NCBI GenBank assembly: GCA_035629865.1
Contig: DASPHC010000146.1
Span: forward strand, 53,420 to 117,419
Direction of reading: 5' to 3'
Origin: Thermoanaerobaculia bacterium
GTDB taxonomy: Bacteria; Acidobacteriota; Thermoanaerobaculia; Gp7-AA8
DNA length: 64,000 bases
The notes below the pieces were generated by a model. That model saw only the letters and a list, made by a program, of their open reading frames with translations. It did no database searches and had not been told where the DNA came from. The position numbers and the translations under genes were made by a program. Positions 37,206-48,600 of the stretch are shown here, in pieces. Position 1 is the stretch's first letter. Each line of letters opens with the position of its first letter.

Positions 37206-39557
37206 TTACTCCACCTCGTACGTCACGCTGTCCGAGCGTCCGATGTCGTCGACCACCACCACCCGGTGCGTGCCGCGGGCGGGGCGGACGAAGGCGCGGC
37301 GGGTGGGGGGGAGGGAGGCGATGAGGGTGCCGTCGACGTACCAGTAGAGGCGGTTCACCTCGGCGGGGACCTGGGCCTGGAGGAGGATCTCCTGGTAGTC
37401 GATCGGCGCGTCTCCACGGATGCGGTACGGCGTGGTGGCGTCGGGGGAGACGATGCGGGGCGCTTCGTCGGCCGCAACTTCGCTGCAGGCGGCGCTGAGC
37501 GGCGGCATCCCTTCCACGGCCTGCCCCTGCGCGTGCCAGTAGGCGACCAGCTCGGCGGGGTAGACCACCGAGATCTCCGGCTCGTGCGGCCGTGTCGCGA
37601 CGCACTCGCCGGCGAGACGCTCGCGGGTGGTGCGGTCGACGAGGATCCGGCGGTGGTAGGTGCAGCGGCGGAGCTGGGTGCGCTCGGGGATGTAGGGGAT
37701 GGCGATCGTCTTCGCGCAGTCGGGGCCGGGGAGCTCGTGGCTCAGCGCGCAGACGTCGACGCGCTCGATGTCCGCGTACTTCGTGTCGGGACGCGCGGCG
37801 CGGCCTTCGATCGTCCGGAAAAGGTCGAAGAGCAGCGGGGCGGCGTGCTCGGAGCCGGAGATCCCTTTCTGGCCGCGGCCGTCGAAGTTTCCGACCCAGA
37901 CTCCGATCGTGTAGCGCTTCGAGAAGCCGACGCTCCAGGCGTCGCGGTGACCGTACGACGTCCCCGTCTTCCACGCCACGGTCGGCGCTTCTCTCGTGAG
38001 ATCCCATGTCTGCGGGAGGTCGGGGCGTTTCACTTCGCACAGGATCTCGGTGATCATCTGCGACGCCTCGGCGGAGAAGATCCGCTCCCCCTCCGGGGCC
38101 GGTCCGCGGAACATTTGCGCAGGCCGGTGCACGCCTCCCTCGGCGAGGGTGCTGTAGAAGTTGGTCAGGTCGAGCAGCGTGACTTCGCCCGCGCCGAGGA
38201 TCAGCGAGAGGCCGTAGGAACCGGGACGCCGGTCGAGCGTGGAGAGGCCGCCTTTGCGCAGGACGCCGAGAAAGTCGTCGAGACCGACCCGCGCCAGCAG
38301 CCGGACCGCGCTGGCGTTGAGGGAGAGCACCAGAGACTCGCGAACCGTCAGGCGGCCGCGATAGGTGCCGTCGTAGTTCTCGGCGACGTAGCCGGAAAAG
38401 TCGGTGGGGATGTCGAGGAGGTACGAGTCGGGCAGCAGGTGCCCTTCGTCGAACGCCTTCGCGTAGAGGAACGGTTTGAGGGTCGAGCCGGGAGAGCGGC
38501 GGGCGAAGGCGCCGTTGACCTGGCCGTCGAAGCGGCGGTCGAAGAAGTCGGCGGAGCCGACGAGGGCGCGGACGGTGCGGCTCTCGTTCTCGATCACGAC
38601 CACCGCGGCGTTCTCGATGCCGAACGTCCGGAGGGAGCCGATTCGCGCCGCGACCTGCCGTTCGGCGATCTTCTGGAGTCCCTGGTCGAGGGTCGTGAAG
38701 AGACGCGGCGCGCCGCCGCCGCGGGCGACGGCGAGGTCGGTGAAGTGCGGCGCCGTAAACGGCGTGCGCTGCAAGCGGGTGGGGATCGGCTGCAGCAGCG
38801 CTTTCTCGATCTCGGCCGGGGGAAAAGCGCCGCGGCTGCCGAGCTGGCGCAGCACTTCGTCGCGCGCGGCACGGGCCTGTTTCGGATCGCGCAGCGGGTC
38901 GTAGCGATTCGGCGAGCGGGGGAGCGTGGTCAGGAGGGCGATCTCGCCGAGGGAAAGCTGGGAGGGCTTCTTCCCGAAGTAGAAGTACGAGGCCGCGCCG
39001 ATCCCTTCGATGTTCCGGCCGTAGGGAGCGATGTTGATGTAGATCTCGAGCAGCTCGCGCTTCGAGTAGCGCCGCGACAACTGCAGCGCGCGGAACGCCT
39101 CGATCCCTTTGGAGCGGAGGCTGCGCCGCTTCGGCTCGGCCATCCGCGCGATCTGCATCGGGATGGTGGACGCGCCCGAGACGACGCCGCGCGCGCGCAG
39201 GTTCGTCCACGACGCGCGCACGACTGCCAGCGGGTTGACGCCCGGATGCCGGTAGTACCAGCGATCCTCGGAGGCGACGAGCGCCGCGATCAGTTCCGGC
39301 GGCACCTCGTCGAGCGTCACCGGAATCCGGTACTTTTCGTCGCGCGGCAGCACGATGCGAAGCTCCCGCCCTTCACGGTCATAGATCACGGTGGCGGGCG
39401 GAGGGCGGAGCGCGTGGATGGGCGGCGGAAAGACAACGTCTGCGATGAAGGTAGAAAGCAGAAGGCAGAAGGCAGAAGTGAGAAGGATCGCGCAGCGCTT
39501 TGTGCGAGCGCTGCTTCCTTCTGCCTTCTGCCTTCTGACTTCTGCCTTGATTCTCAT
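37206..39557 (-). CDS. pbpC: Penicillin-binding protein 1C (transglycosylase-transpeptidase)
   Basis: Transglycosylase motif EDRWYYRHPGVN. Transpeptidase motifs STLKP, SLN and KTGTS. The ATG overlaps the upstream stop (ATGA). The track's 1180-aa ORF is an artefactual 5' extension. Confidence 0.9.
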   Translation of the reverse strand: MRIKAEVRRQKAEGSSARTKRCAILLTSAFCLLLSTFIADVVFPPPIHALRPPPATVIYDREGRELRIVLPRDEKYRIPVTLDEVPPELIAALVASEDRWYYRHPGVNPLAVVRASWTNLRARGVVSGASTIPMQIARMAEPKRRSLRSKGIEAFRALQLSRRYSKRELLEIYINIAPYGRNIEGIGAASYFYFGKKPSQLSLGEIALLTTLPRSPNRYDPLRDPKQARAARDEVLRQLGSRGAFPPAEIEKALLQPIPTRLQRTPFTAPHFTDLAVARGGGAPRLFTTLDQGLQKIAERQVAARIGSLRTFGIENAAVVVIENESRTVRALVGSADFFDRRFDGQVNGAFARRSPGSTLKPFLYAKAFDEGHLLPDSYLLDIPTDFSGYVAENYDGTYRGRLTVRESLVLSLNASAVRLLARVGLDDFLGVLRKGGLSTLDRRPGSYGLSLILGAGEVTLLDLTNFYSTLAEGGVHRPAQMFRGPAPEGERIFSAEASQMITEILCEVKRPDLPQTWDLTREAPTVAWKTGTSYGHRDAWSVGFSKRYTIGVWVGNFDGRGQKGISGSEHAAPLLFDLFRTIEGRAARPDTKYADIERVDVCALSHELPGPDCAKTIAIPYIPERTQLRRCTYHRRILVDRTTRERLAGECVATRPHEPEISVVYPAELVAYWHAQGQAVEGMPPLSAACSEVAADEAPRIVSPDATTPYRIRGDAPIDYQEILLQAQVPAEVNRLYWYVDGTLIASLPPTRRAFVRPARGTHRVVVVDDIGRSDSVTYEVE

Positions 39558-42500
39558 CTCCGGATCTCCAGCGTTCCCCTTTCTCCTGTCGCGTGGATGG
39601 CCGGCTCGTACATCGCTTCGATCTGCACCGGCGGGACGCGGAAGGTGCCGGGGGTCACAGCGCGGACGAGGGTGTAGAAGGTGACGCCCTCGGTCTCGGG
39701 GAGGGTGAGGAAGAAGAGGACCCGGTCGTCGCGGAGGTCGAGGGAGTCGGGTTGGGTGGACGCGCCGACCCATGGCAGCGCTTCGGTGGTGGAGAGGCGC
39801 GGGTTTTCGATCTCCAGGCCGGCGGGGAGGAGGTTCTCGATGACGACGTTCTCGACCCGTCCCGAGAGGCTGCGCGCTTCGACCTTCACCACCAGCAGGT
39901 CTCCCTGCTTCACGGTCGTGATGGGCTTGCCGTCGCGGGTCAGGTAGGTGCGGGAGACGGTGACGCCGGCGCTGGACGGCTTGAAGGCGGCGTCGGCCGG
40001 GATGCCGCGCGTGCGGACGGCGAAGTAGGCCGCGCCCTCTTTGTAGCCGTCGTTCATCTTCACGACGATCGGGCCGTTGCCGCGCAGGCCGGCGAAGCGG
40101 GTTGTCCTGGCGTCGAACGCTCCGACCAGCTTGCCGTCGAGGTGGACGGTTCCGGAGTAGGGGCCCTTCGCTTTCTGCTGCTTGAAGAACTGGCCGAGGG
40201 CCAGGAGCACGAACGAGCTCTCCTGCGTCGTCCAGCCGTAACCGGTGGTGTTGGCGTCGCGGACGAGGCGCTGCACGATCTCCGGAATGCGCGGATCCTT
40301 CGGCGCCGCGTCGAGCATGGCCAGGAGAAGCAGGGCGCGGTCGCGCATCGCCGAGTTGAGGTTGCCGCCGGTATCGCGCCGCACCTCGTCGACCTTGCCG
40401 ATGTCGGCGATCATCTGGTGCAGCGAGCGCGGATTCCCGATGGCCGCGTAGGCAGCGCCGAGGAGGGCGCGCGACTCGGTGCTCAGGTCCTTCAGATGAC
40501 GGTCGCGGAGGAAGTCCATCGTCCCCACGTCCGCCTTCCCGGCCCGCGCGAGCACGTAGAGCGCGTAGGCGATCTGTTCGAGCTCCGACTGGTTGTACGT
40601 CGCCCGCGCCTTGGCGAGCTGCCCGACGTAGTCGAGGGCCCGGTCGTGGATGTGGTTTTCGACCAGATGCCCGGCCCGCCGCGCTTCGACGAGGAAATGC
40701 GTGGCGAAGACGCTGCCCCACGGGTAGGCCTCGCCCCCGTGGGGCCACATGGCGAAGCCGCCGTGATGGAGCTGCATCGTGCCGAGGCGGCGGATGCCCT
40801 CGCGCACGTAGCCGGCGGTGTCGCGTTTCTTGAAGCGGACCGGGTCGAGATCGCGGGCGATGTCGGCGAAGTAGATCAGCGGAAACGCCGCCGACGTCGT
40901 CTGCTCGACGCAGCCGTAGGGATAGCGGAGGAGATAGTCGAGCCGTCCGGAGAACTGGACGAGCGGCAGCGGGCTGACGATCAGCTCGCGCGCGACGCTC
41001 TCCGCCCGGAACTGCTCGATGCCGGTTGCGGCCAGGGTGGCGGACGGCTGGGGGAAGTTGCCGGTGACCTCGACCGTCCGCGGCGGAAGGTCGGGATAGA
41101 CGGCGATGACTTCTTTCGACGACGCCTTCTCGGCGTTGCCGGAGGCGCTGACCTGTGCCCGGATCTCTCCGGCACGCGACGCGGTGGTGAGCGGGAAGTA
41201 GAGGGTCTTCTCGGTGTCGCGGGCGAGCTGCACTTGCTGGGTCTGAGTGGCGGGCGTTGCCTCGCCGGCGAGGCTCAGCGAGACGTCGAACAGGCCGTCC
41301 TTTGCCGTGCCGTTGCGGACCGTGACCGGCAGCTCGACCTTCTCTTCGAGCGACAGGAAGCGCGGATACGTCGGGAGGATGGTGATCGGGTCGCGGACGC
41401 GGACCATCGTCTCCGACGACCCGAAGCGGTCGCCGTCATGCACGACCGCCATCACCCGCAGCGCCCCCTGGAACTCGGGGACGCTGAACGAGATCTTCGC
41501 TTTCCCGTTCGCATCCGCTTCGAGCGCGCCCGACCAGAAGGCGACCGGCTCCGAGCGCCGGATCCCCTCGGTCCGGACGAACTGCGCGAGCCCTTCTCCT
41601 CCGTCGCCGCCGCCCGCCACGGCCCTGTTGTTCGGCCGGACCTCCGGGAGGAGCAGCGAATAGATGTCGTGCGTGCTGACGCCGAGCGCCAGCTTTCGGT
41701 AGAAGTAGCCGAACGGATCAGGGACCTTCTGCGCGACGAGCTGCAGGATGCCCTCGTCGACCGCGGCGATGGTGACGACCGCGCCGGGAGCGGCGGCGAC
41801 CTCGAGGTCGAGCTTCCGGTTGCTGCGCATCTGCTGCGAAGCCTTGATGGCGGGGCTCAGGCGGTTCGAGACCCGGTCGACACTGACCGGGATCGCGCCG
41901 AACGCGCGGCCGGCCTCGCCCGGCTCGAGATCCTTCGCCGCGCGGACCAGCGTGGCCGTGACGTACGCGTTCGGCCGCAGCTCCGCGGCGAGCGGGATCG
42001 TCACCTTCCCGCTGTTGCTCGTCAGGGTGGCGAAGCTGGTGTGGAAGACGCGGTCGCGCTCGACCGTGACCATCAGCCGTCCCGGAAACGGCGCCTTCAC
42101 CTGGAGCGTCGCCGTCTCTCCGGCCGCGTACTCCTCCTTGTCGAGCGCGAGCTCGAGCCGCCCCGGATTCTTCATGGCCCACGGTGAGTAGCCCCAGCCG
42201 GAGGCATAGAGCTCGAGCTCGGACGAGGCGCCGGTCGCCGGGTCGGTCACCACCACGCGGTACGAGCCGTGCTGCCGCGGCGTGAACCGGAACTGGCCGC
42301 GCTTCTTCCCCGATGGCAGCGTCTGCACGCTGAGCGGAATGGCGTCGCGGGTCGACTCGTAGTTGTAGCCTCCGGACGACGTCCGCCGCAGCACGGTGTG
42401 CCACTCGTCTCGATAAAAGTCGGCGCGCAGCGAGCCGGGAGCGGTCTCGGCTCCGGCCGTGCCGACGGCGACGTACTCGAAGGTGACCTGCTGGCCGGGC

Positions 42501-44965
42501 TCGGGAGAGCGGTCGCCGAGCTGCCGCAGCCCAACGTAGTAAGGATAAGGATGGACGGGGACGCGCGTGAGCGCGGCGACGCCGCGTCCTCCCTGCTCCC
42601 GCACGCGGGCGGTGATGGTCGCCTGGAGCGAGGAAGGAACCGAGAGGCCTCCCGGAATCGCGACTTTCAGCTCCGTCTTCCCCTGCGCGTCGAGCGTCCC
42701 CTGCTCGGCCGACAGCTCGCGCGGGTCGAACTTCCGCCCGCCGTTCTCGAACGTGAAGCTCTCGTAGCCCTTCGCCGTGAACGTGACGGGCGTGAGGCGG
42801 ACCCGGCTCTCCACGTGCAGCCCCGCCGCGGGAGGGCCGAAGAGATACGCCGACTCGACGCTGTAGGCGATCTCCGTGGCGCGGCCCGCGGCGGCGGGCG
42901 GCCTGGCCTTGATCTCGACCTTGATGCGGTCGGGAACGAACTCCTCGACCTGGAAGCGGTAGCTGCCGATGGCCTCGTCGCCGGCCCACACTTCGAGCAG
43001 GTGATGGCCGGTCCGGGTGTAGGCCGGCAGGTCGACCGCGATCTTCGCGACTCCCTTGGCGTTGGGGGTGATGCGATGGCTGCCGCGCTCCTCGCCGGCC
43101 GGATCTTTATGGCGCAGCACGAGCGGCATCGCCGGCGGCGCGCCGAGGCGGCGGTCGCGGACGACGGCCAGACCTTCGACCTTTTCTCCCGGACGGTAGA
43201 TGTCGCGCTCCCCGTAGACGAACGCCGAATAGCCGCCCTCGGAGATCGTGTCGCCGCCGACGTCGAACGACGAGGTGTCGACGCGGGTGTTGTCGAGCAG
43301 GAGGAAGCTGAAGTCGTCGCCCCGCTGGACGACCAGCATGTACGGCTTCTTCCCCTTCAGCCTGCGGGTCAGCTCCTTCGCCGGCCAGACCCCGCGCTCG
43401 TCGGTCTGCCCTTTGGCGACGGTCTGGTTCTGCGTGGTGAGCAGCGTCACCGTGGCCCCCTCGCCGGGGGAGAGGTCGCGGAACGACGACACCCAGACGG
43501 TGAGCTCGTCGGGGGCGTGCTTGGCGACGATGCCGAGGTCGGTGATGAGGATCCAGCGCTGGACGCCGCGCCATTCGTCTTCGCGCGACACGGTGACGCG
43601 GTAGAGGCCCGGCTCCTCCGCTTTGACGTACTTGCCGAGATCGAGGGTCGTGGTCGCGCGGTGGTTGCGGCGCGTGTCGAGGGCGAGCTCTTTCTCCACG
43701 ATCCGGTCGCCGAATTGCTGGTCGACGGCGTACCCGCCGTAATACGACTCGCCGTCGCCGTTGGCCGGACCGTAGTACTGGAAGTAGGAGAAGAGGTTGT
43801 TGCGGTAGACGCGGTCGACGGTCAGCTTGGCGCGGGCGACGTTGATGCTTTGGAAGGCGACGCTCTTGTAGCCGCCGGCCGAGAGGAACATCCCCTGGCT
43901 CTGGAAGTCGAGCAGCGGATCGAGGTCGCGCACCTGCACGGCCTGCACGAAGTCGTCGCGCAGCACCGCGGAGTCGGCCGCCACCAGGCCATTCCCGACC
44001 GCGACGTCATACGCCGCGCCCGGGGTGAACGCGCCGGTCAGCACGAGGACGCCCCCTTCCGCGGAGATCCTGTATTTCACCGCCGGCTTGACCGAGATGT
44101 ACTTCGCGGCGACTTCGGCGTCGACGGGGGAGGAGAGCTCGATCCGGACGGCCGAGTCTTTCTCGCCGGGGACCGCGGCGATCGAACGGACGGCGAGATG
44201 CTCGCGCGAGCCGAGCTGGATCGGCTGCGTGTAGTCCGTGCCGAGGGTGACGTTGCTCTCGGCGGGCGTGAGGCTCCCGTCGATGATCAGCGCCAGCGTT
44301 CGGGCGTCCTTCTGTTTCTGGACTTCGACGGTGCGGAAGCTGATCACGTCGTGCTGCCACCCGGTCAGCAGTTGCACCTCGCTTTTCGCCGCTCCGTCTT
44401 CCAGGCGGATGAGCGGCGCCAGCGCGTCGGGGCGGACGGCGTAGTTGAACTGGATCTCTCCGCGCAGGACGACGCGGCCGGGAGCCGACGGCACCGGCTC
44501 CTCGCTGACCGTCACGCGGCGCACGAGGAACTGGTCGGTGCGGATCGCGAACGTGCTTTCGCCCGTCCATTCCTCGTCCTCCTTCAGCAGCTTGTGGACG
44601 GCGAGGATGATCTTGTACTCGCTGGCCATCGGGAAGCCGCCCGCCGGCTCGAAGCGGAGGACGTTGTTCGCCTGCCATCGCCAGACGCCACGGATCGGCG
44701 GCGAGACCTCGGCGGGCGAGTGTGCGAGGATCTCCCCCTCTTTCCCCGCCGCCACCGGCGCCGTGAAGATGACGTCGGCGAAGACCCGCTTCGCGTCGAG
44801 ATGCACCCGGTGGACCGCCACCTTCGGCCCGCTTCGCGCGAAGAGCGGCACCTTCCCCAGCGAGACGAGACTGATGAGCAGCGTGCTTGCCGCGGCGATG
44901 AGGGCGACGAGGGCATGGCCACGATACTTGCGCAACGGATGATCCGGCTTGCTCTCTGGATCCAT
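39554..44965 (-). CDS. Bacterial alpha-2-macroglobulin-family protein with a thioester motif
   Basis: GCVEQ thioester in YPYGCVEQ. About 1800 aa, N-terminal transmembrane anchor, GGGAG ribosome-binding site. It is translationally coupled to pbpC, as in the yfhM-pbpC type operon. Confidence 0.9.
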   Translation of the reverse strand: MDPESKPDHPLRKYRGHALVALIAAASTLLISLVSLGKVPLFARSGPKVAVHRVHLDAKRVFADVIFTAPVAAGKEGEILAHSPAEVSPPIRGVWRWQANNVLRFEPAGGFPMASEYKIILAVHKLLKEDEEWTGESTFAIRTDQFLVRRVTVSEEPVPSAPGRVVLRGEIQFNYAVRPDALAPLIRLEDGAAKSEVQLLTGWQHDVISFRTVEVQKQKDARTLALIIDGSLTPAESNVTLGTDYTQPIQLGSREHLAVRSIAAVPGEKDSAVRIELSSPVDAEVAAKYISVKPAVKYRISAEGGVLVLTGAFTPGAAYDVAVGNGLVAADSAVLRDDFVQAVQVRDLDPLLDFQSQGMFLSAGGYKSVAFQSINVARAKLTVDRVYRNNLFSYFQYYGPANGDGESYYGGYAVDQQFGDRIVEKELALDTRRNHRATTTLDLGKYVKAEEPGLYRVTVSREDEWRGVQRWILITDLGIVAKHAPDELTVWVSSFRDLSPGEGATVTLLTTQNQTVAKGQTDERGVWPAKELTRRLKGKKPYMLVVQRGDDFSFLLLDNTRVDTSSFDVGGDTISEGGYSAFVYGERDIYRPGEKVEGLAVVRDRRLGAPPAMPLVLRHKDPAGEERGSHRITPNAKGVAKIAVDLPAYTRTGHHLLEVWAGDEAIGSYRFQVEEFVPDRIKVEIKARPPAAAGRATEIAYSVESAYLFGPPAAGLHVESRVRLTPVTFTAKGYESFTFENGGRKFDPRELSAEQGTLDAQGKTELKVAIPGGLSVPSSLQATITARVREQGGRGVAALTRVPVHPYPYYVGLRQLGDRSPEPGQQVTFEYVAVGTAGAETAPGSLRADFYRDEWHTVLRRTSSGGYNYESTRDAIPLSVQTLPSGKKRGQFRFTPRQHGSYRVVVTDPATGASSELELYASGWGYSPWAMKNPGRLELALDKEEYAAGETATLQVKAPFPGRLMVTVERDRVFHTSFATLTSNSGKVTIPLAAELRPNAYVTATLVRAAKDLEPGEAGRAFGAIPVSVDRVSNRLSPAIKASQQMRSNRKLDLEVAAAPGAVVTIAAVDEGILQLVAQKVPDPFGYFYRKLALGVSTHDIYSLLLPEVRPNNRAVAGGGDGGEGLAQFVRTEGIRRSEPVAFWSGALEADANGKAKISFSVPEFQGALRVMAVVHDGDRFGSSETMVRVRDPITILPTYPRFLSLEEKVELPVTVRNGTAKDGLFDVSLSLAGEATPATQTQQVQLARDTEKTLYFPLTTASRAGEIRAQVSASGNAEKASSKEVIAVYPDLPPRTVEVTGNFPQPSATLAATGIEQFRAESVARELIVSPLPLVQFSGRLDYLLRYPYGCVEQTTSAAFPLIYFADIARDLDPVRFKKRDTAGYVREGIRRLGTMQLHHGGFAMWPHGGEAYPWGSVFATHFLVEARRAGHLVENHIHDRALDYVGQLAKARATYNQSELEQIAYALYVLARAGKADVGTMDFLRDRHLKDLSTESRALLGAAYAAIGNPRSLHQMIADIGKVDEVRRDTGGNLNSAMRDRALLLLAMLDAAPKDPRIPEIVQRLVRDANTTGYGWTTQESSFVLLALGQFFKQQKAKGPYSGTVHLDGKLVGAFDARTTRFAGLRGNGPIVVKMNDGYKEGAAYFAVRTRGIPADAAFKPSSAGVTVSRTYLTRDGKPITTVKQGDLLVVKVEARSLSGRVENVVIENLLPAGLEIENPRLSTTEALPWVGASTQPDSLDLRDDRVLFFLTLPETEGVTFYTLVRAVTPGTFRVPPVQIEAMYEPAIHATGERGTLEIRR

Positions 44966-45146
44966 CGAAGTCACTCCCGATGCATGGATGCGGATGGCGG
45001 AGGAGGGGAGGGGCGAATGAGCGGCTTTGTTCTGCCCACCATTCCACCGCCCCTCGCGGGCGTGAGGATGTCCGTGTTGAGGAAAAGCAAAGGAAGGATT
45101 GCCGCGAAATTGTGGCGGCCGGCGCGGCGTACACTCTTGCCACACC

Positions 45147-45335
45147 ATGTCCGACGAGATCTACTCCCTCGTTGCCGCCCTCTCAGTCCTCGTCTCCGCG
45201 GTCGCGCTCTGGTCGGCGATCCGCCGCCGCCAACTGATGCGCCGCATTCTGCGATCGCTGAATAAAGAACAGCTCCGCAGCGTGGGGCTGGAGGCGCCGG
45301 AGGACGTTCGTGCGGAGGACTTGAAGAAGGAGTAA
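45147..45335 (+). CDS. Small single-transmembrane membrane protein (doubtful)
   Basis: MSDEIYSLVAALSVLVSAVALWSAIRRR. Divergent from the A2M operon. Confidence 0.3.
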   Translation: MSDEIYSLVAALSVLVSAVALWSAIRRRQLMRRILRSLNKEQLRSVGLEAPEDVRAEDLKKE

Positions 45336-45628
45336 TGCGGGTTCACCCGGTACGCGGAGGCTGGCGCGCCTCAGGCGCGCCGCCGCGGACCGCCGACGTC
45401 ACCGTCGGCCGGTCCGCCCGCGTCCTCGCGGGCACGCTCTTGCGCAAGACTCCCCTACTGCCCAGTTCCGCGGCGTCCCGCCGCCCTCGCCCGGCGGCGA
45501 GACGCCGCCCGTGCCCACGAGGACGTGGGCGGACCGGCCGACGGTGACGTCGGCGGTCCGGCGCTCCGCGTGATGCAAGCGTTGGTTCTTTGGGTGCGTT
45601 CTGCTCAGGTCTACAGACCGGCGCTCCG

Positions 45629-48600
45629 TTACCTCACCCCCGCCCGCACGCCCGTTACATGCGCTGCCCGTACGACAGTCGTTCCAGCCGTGATGGTCGG
45701 ATCGGTGTAGACCAGCGCGGGCAGTCCGAGGGCGCTGCGGGCGGCGTCGAGGGCGGTGCGGAGCTCGATGAGGTGGATGCGGCGGACGCGGATGGCGGCA
45801 CTCAGAGCCGGGTCGGTGAAGGTGGCGGCGGGTTGGCCGGCCAGGTCCCGGACGGCGTTCACGGCGGTGCGGAGCTGGGTGATGTGCGTGGCGCGCACGC
45901 GGGTGACGGCGGCGGCGAGCGGGTCGTCGGTGAAGATCACCGCGGTGGCGAGGTCGGGATCGCTGTCGACGGAGGTGCCGGAGCCGTTGACGGCGCGAAC
46001 GCGGTAGAGATAGCTGGCGCCGGAGGTGACGGCGTTGACGAACGGCGGGGCGGCGGGCGAGCCGGCCAGGAGATACCCGCCGCCGGCGGCGCGGCGGTAG
46101 ACCTCGTACGACGTCGCTCCGGCGACGGCGTTCCAGTTCACGGTCACCGAGGTGGCGGTGGTGGCGGTCGCGGTGACGCCGGTGGGGGTGGCGATCGCGC
46201 CGTCGAGGGAGAGGCGGGCAATGGCGGAGGGGAGACGGATCAGCAACTCCGCTTCCTGCTTGCTGAGCGGGCTCGGATCGGCGAGGGCGGCGTTCCAGGC
46301 GAACTGCGCGAGGTCGAGCTCGAGCGCCGCCAGCCCCGCCTCGCCGGTCGAGTCGGCGGCCCGGGCGATGGTGGCGGTCATGACCGCCTTGCCGGTGTCG
46401 TAGAGATTGGGATCGCCGCCGCCCTGGTTGGGGGTGACGCTGGTGAGCGTCCCGCCGACGCGGTTGCCGGTGAAGGTGAAGAAGAGCGCGTTCGGCCAGG
46501 TGCCGGCGGCCGTGCCGTTGCCGCCCGCGGCGACGGTGGAGCCGAACTGGTCGAGCGTGCGCGCCCACGCGGCGATGATCTGGCTCGGCACCAGCGGCGG
46601 GCTGCCGGGCTGTCCGTCCAGGGGGGCGTCGTTCGTGTCGACCTGGAGGCGGTACAGCAGGTTCTGGTCGTACAGCGACGCCATCCAGAGCTGATCGGTC
46701 GAATAGGTGCCGGGGCCGTCGATCTCCTGCCGGAGGGTGCCGTCGATGAGGAAGCCGTAGCGGACGCCGTTCTGCAGGACGTCGGCGTAGTTGAGCGTGT
46801 ACTGGCGGGCGATGTTGGCCGCGTAGTCTTCGAGGAACGTCGCGTCGGAACCGGCCAGGCCGGCGAAGCGGAAGACCCACTGCCACTGCGTGAAGACGCG
46901 GCCGGTCATGTTGGCGTAATCGTCCTCCGGCGCGTCGGTCGGGAGGCAGGCCGAGGCCGGCCGGCGCGTGCAGAAGTAGTTGCGCATCGACGACGCGCCG
47001 CGCTGCAGCGTCTCCACGACCGTATAGTCGCCGGTGAGCCAGTAGTACAGCATCAGGTTGTCGAAGTAGGCGTGCGAGCTGTTGAAGTCGGCGCGGTAGC
47101 CGCCGTACCCGGCGGGAGCCTGGCCGCAACGGAAATTGTCGTCGTCCGGTCCGCACTGGAAGATCTGGGTGTGGAGCGAACGGAGCGCACCCGGCGTGGC
47201 CAGCTCGTCGAGCCATTCGGTCCGCCCGTTGCGCATGGCGAACCGAGGGATGGTCATGACGGCGTTGTGGTAGTCGGTCCAGGTGGCGCACCAGTAGGGG
47301 TCGTCCCACGTTTCCGACGGCGTGACCGCGTCGTCGCAGTCGATCTCATCGGAGTAGAGGGGGTTGGCCCAGTTGCGCGGATAGAGGCCGAAGGTCATCA
47401 GGCCTGCCAGTCCGCGGTTGTCGATCTCTTCGAGCGTGGTGGCTGCGACGTCGATCGCCTCGTCGTCGTACTCCGCAAACTCCGCCGCCGGCGTCCCCAC
47501 CGGAAACTCTTCGACCGCCTCGGAGGCCGCGAACCATTCCGCCTGCGGCCACGCATGCAGCGGCTCGTTCAGCGGCGCCCACACCTGCCGGTCCAGCGTC
47601 GCCCGCGACGGCGCGGACGCGAAGACGCCGGTGGCGAGCGTCGCGAACAGTCCCTGCCGCGCCCCGAGCCATGCCGAGCCGCCGGCTGCGGCGGTGTCGA
47701 CGAGATCGACCGCCAGCCGGCCGTCGGCGAGGATGCGCAACGCCTGCGGCTCGTAGCGGTGCATCTGATTCAGCGCGACCGCCACCGCCCCCGCTGCGCT
47801 GCTGACCGCGAGCATCCCGCCGTCGGCCTTCACGGCATTGACCGTTGGTGATGCTGCAAGATTGACTATGGCGGCCAACGGGTCCTCGCGGTCCTGGCGG
47901 AGAAGCTGGCGGACGGCCGCGGTCTGGCCGGCGTTGACGGTGCCGCTGGTCGTCGTAGCAAATGCGCCGACCGCCGTCGCCGCGGCAGGGTAGGCGACGT
48001 CGAGCGACAGCGCGTCGCGTACCTGCTGCACGCGGACGGCGTTCGGCGACCCACCGCAGGCGAGATTCCCGGCACCGCACCGATCTCCTTCCCACGCCAC
48101 CGAATGCCGCACGATCGCGACCGGAGAGCCTGCGCTGAAAACGTACCGCCGCCGCGAGCCGAGCCCGCCCCCGCCGACGGCCGGCATGGCGTAACTCCCT
48201 TCGACGACCACGACCGCGCTGAGCGGTCCGCTCGACTCGAGCACGGCCCGCCGGGTGGTGGGATGGGCGTGATTCGTCCCGTCCACCTGCGCGGTGATCG
48301 TGCTGCCGCTCACCAGACGGGTGTTGTTCGCCAGTCGGATCTCATCGAACAAAGCCCCCGATCCGCCGCCGACGACGAAGCGTGCCGCACCGGTGTCGAT
48401 GGTGAATTCGTTCCCATCCTGGGTCACCGTCAAAGGCGTCGCCGGCGCGGGATTGCTGCCTGACGATCCGTCGAAGACGACGCGATACGTCGCGCTGCCG
48501 TTCGCCGCGACGGTGGCCGGAAACGTCACCAGCAGCCACTGGATCGGCGCCGTGGTGACGGTGAGCCCCGCATGCCACCGCGCCAGGATCCGGAACTCCG

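Noticed and set aside
37206-40748. A single 1180-aa ORF
   Set aside because: It is a 5' extension across the A2M gene in another frame. The real pbpC starts at ATG 39557, overlapping the A2M stop.
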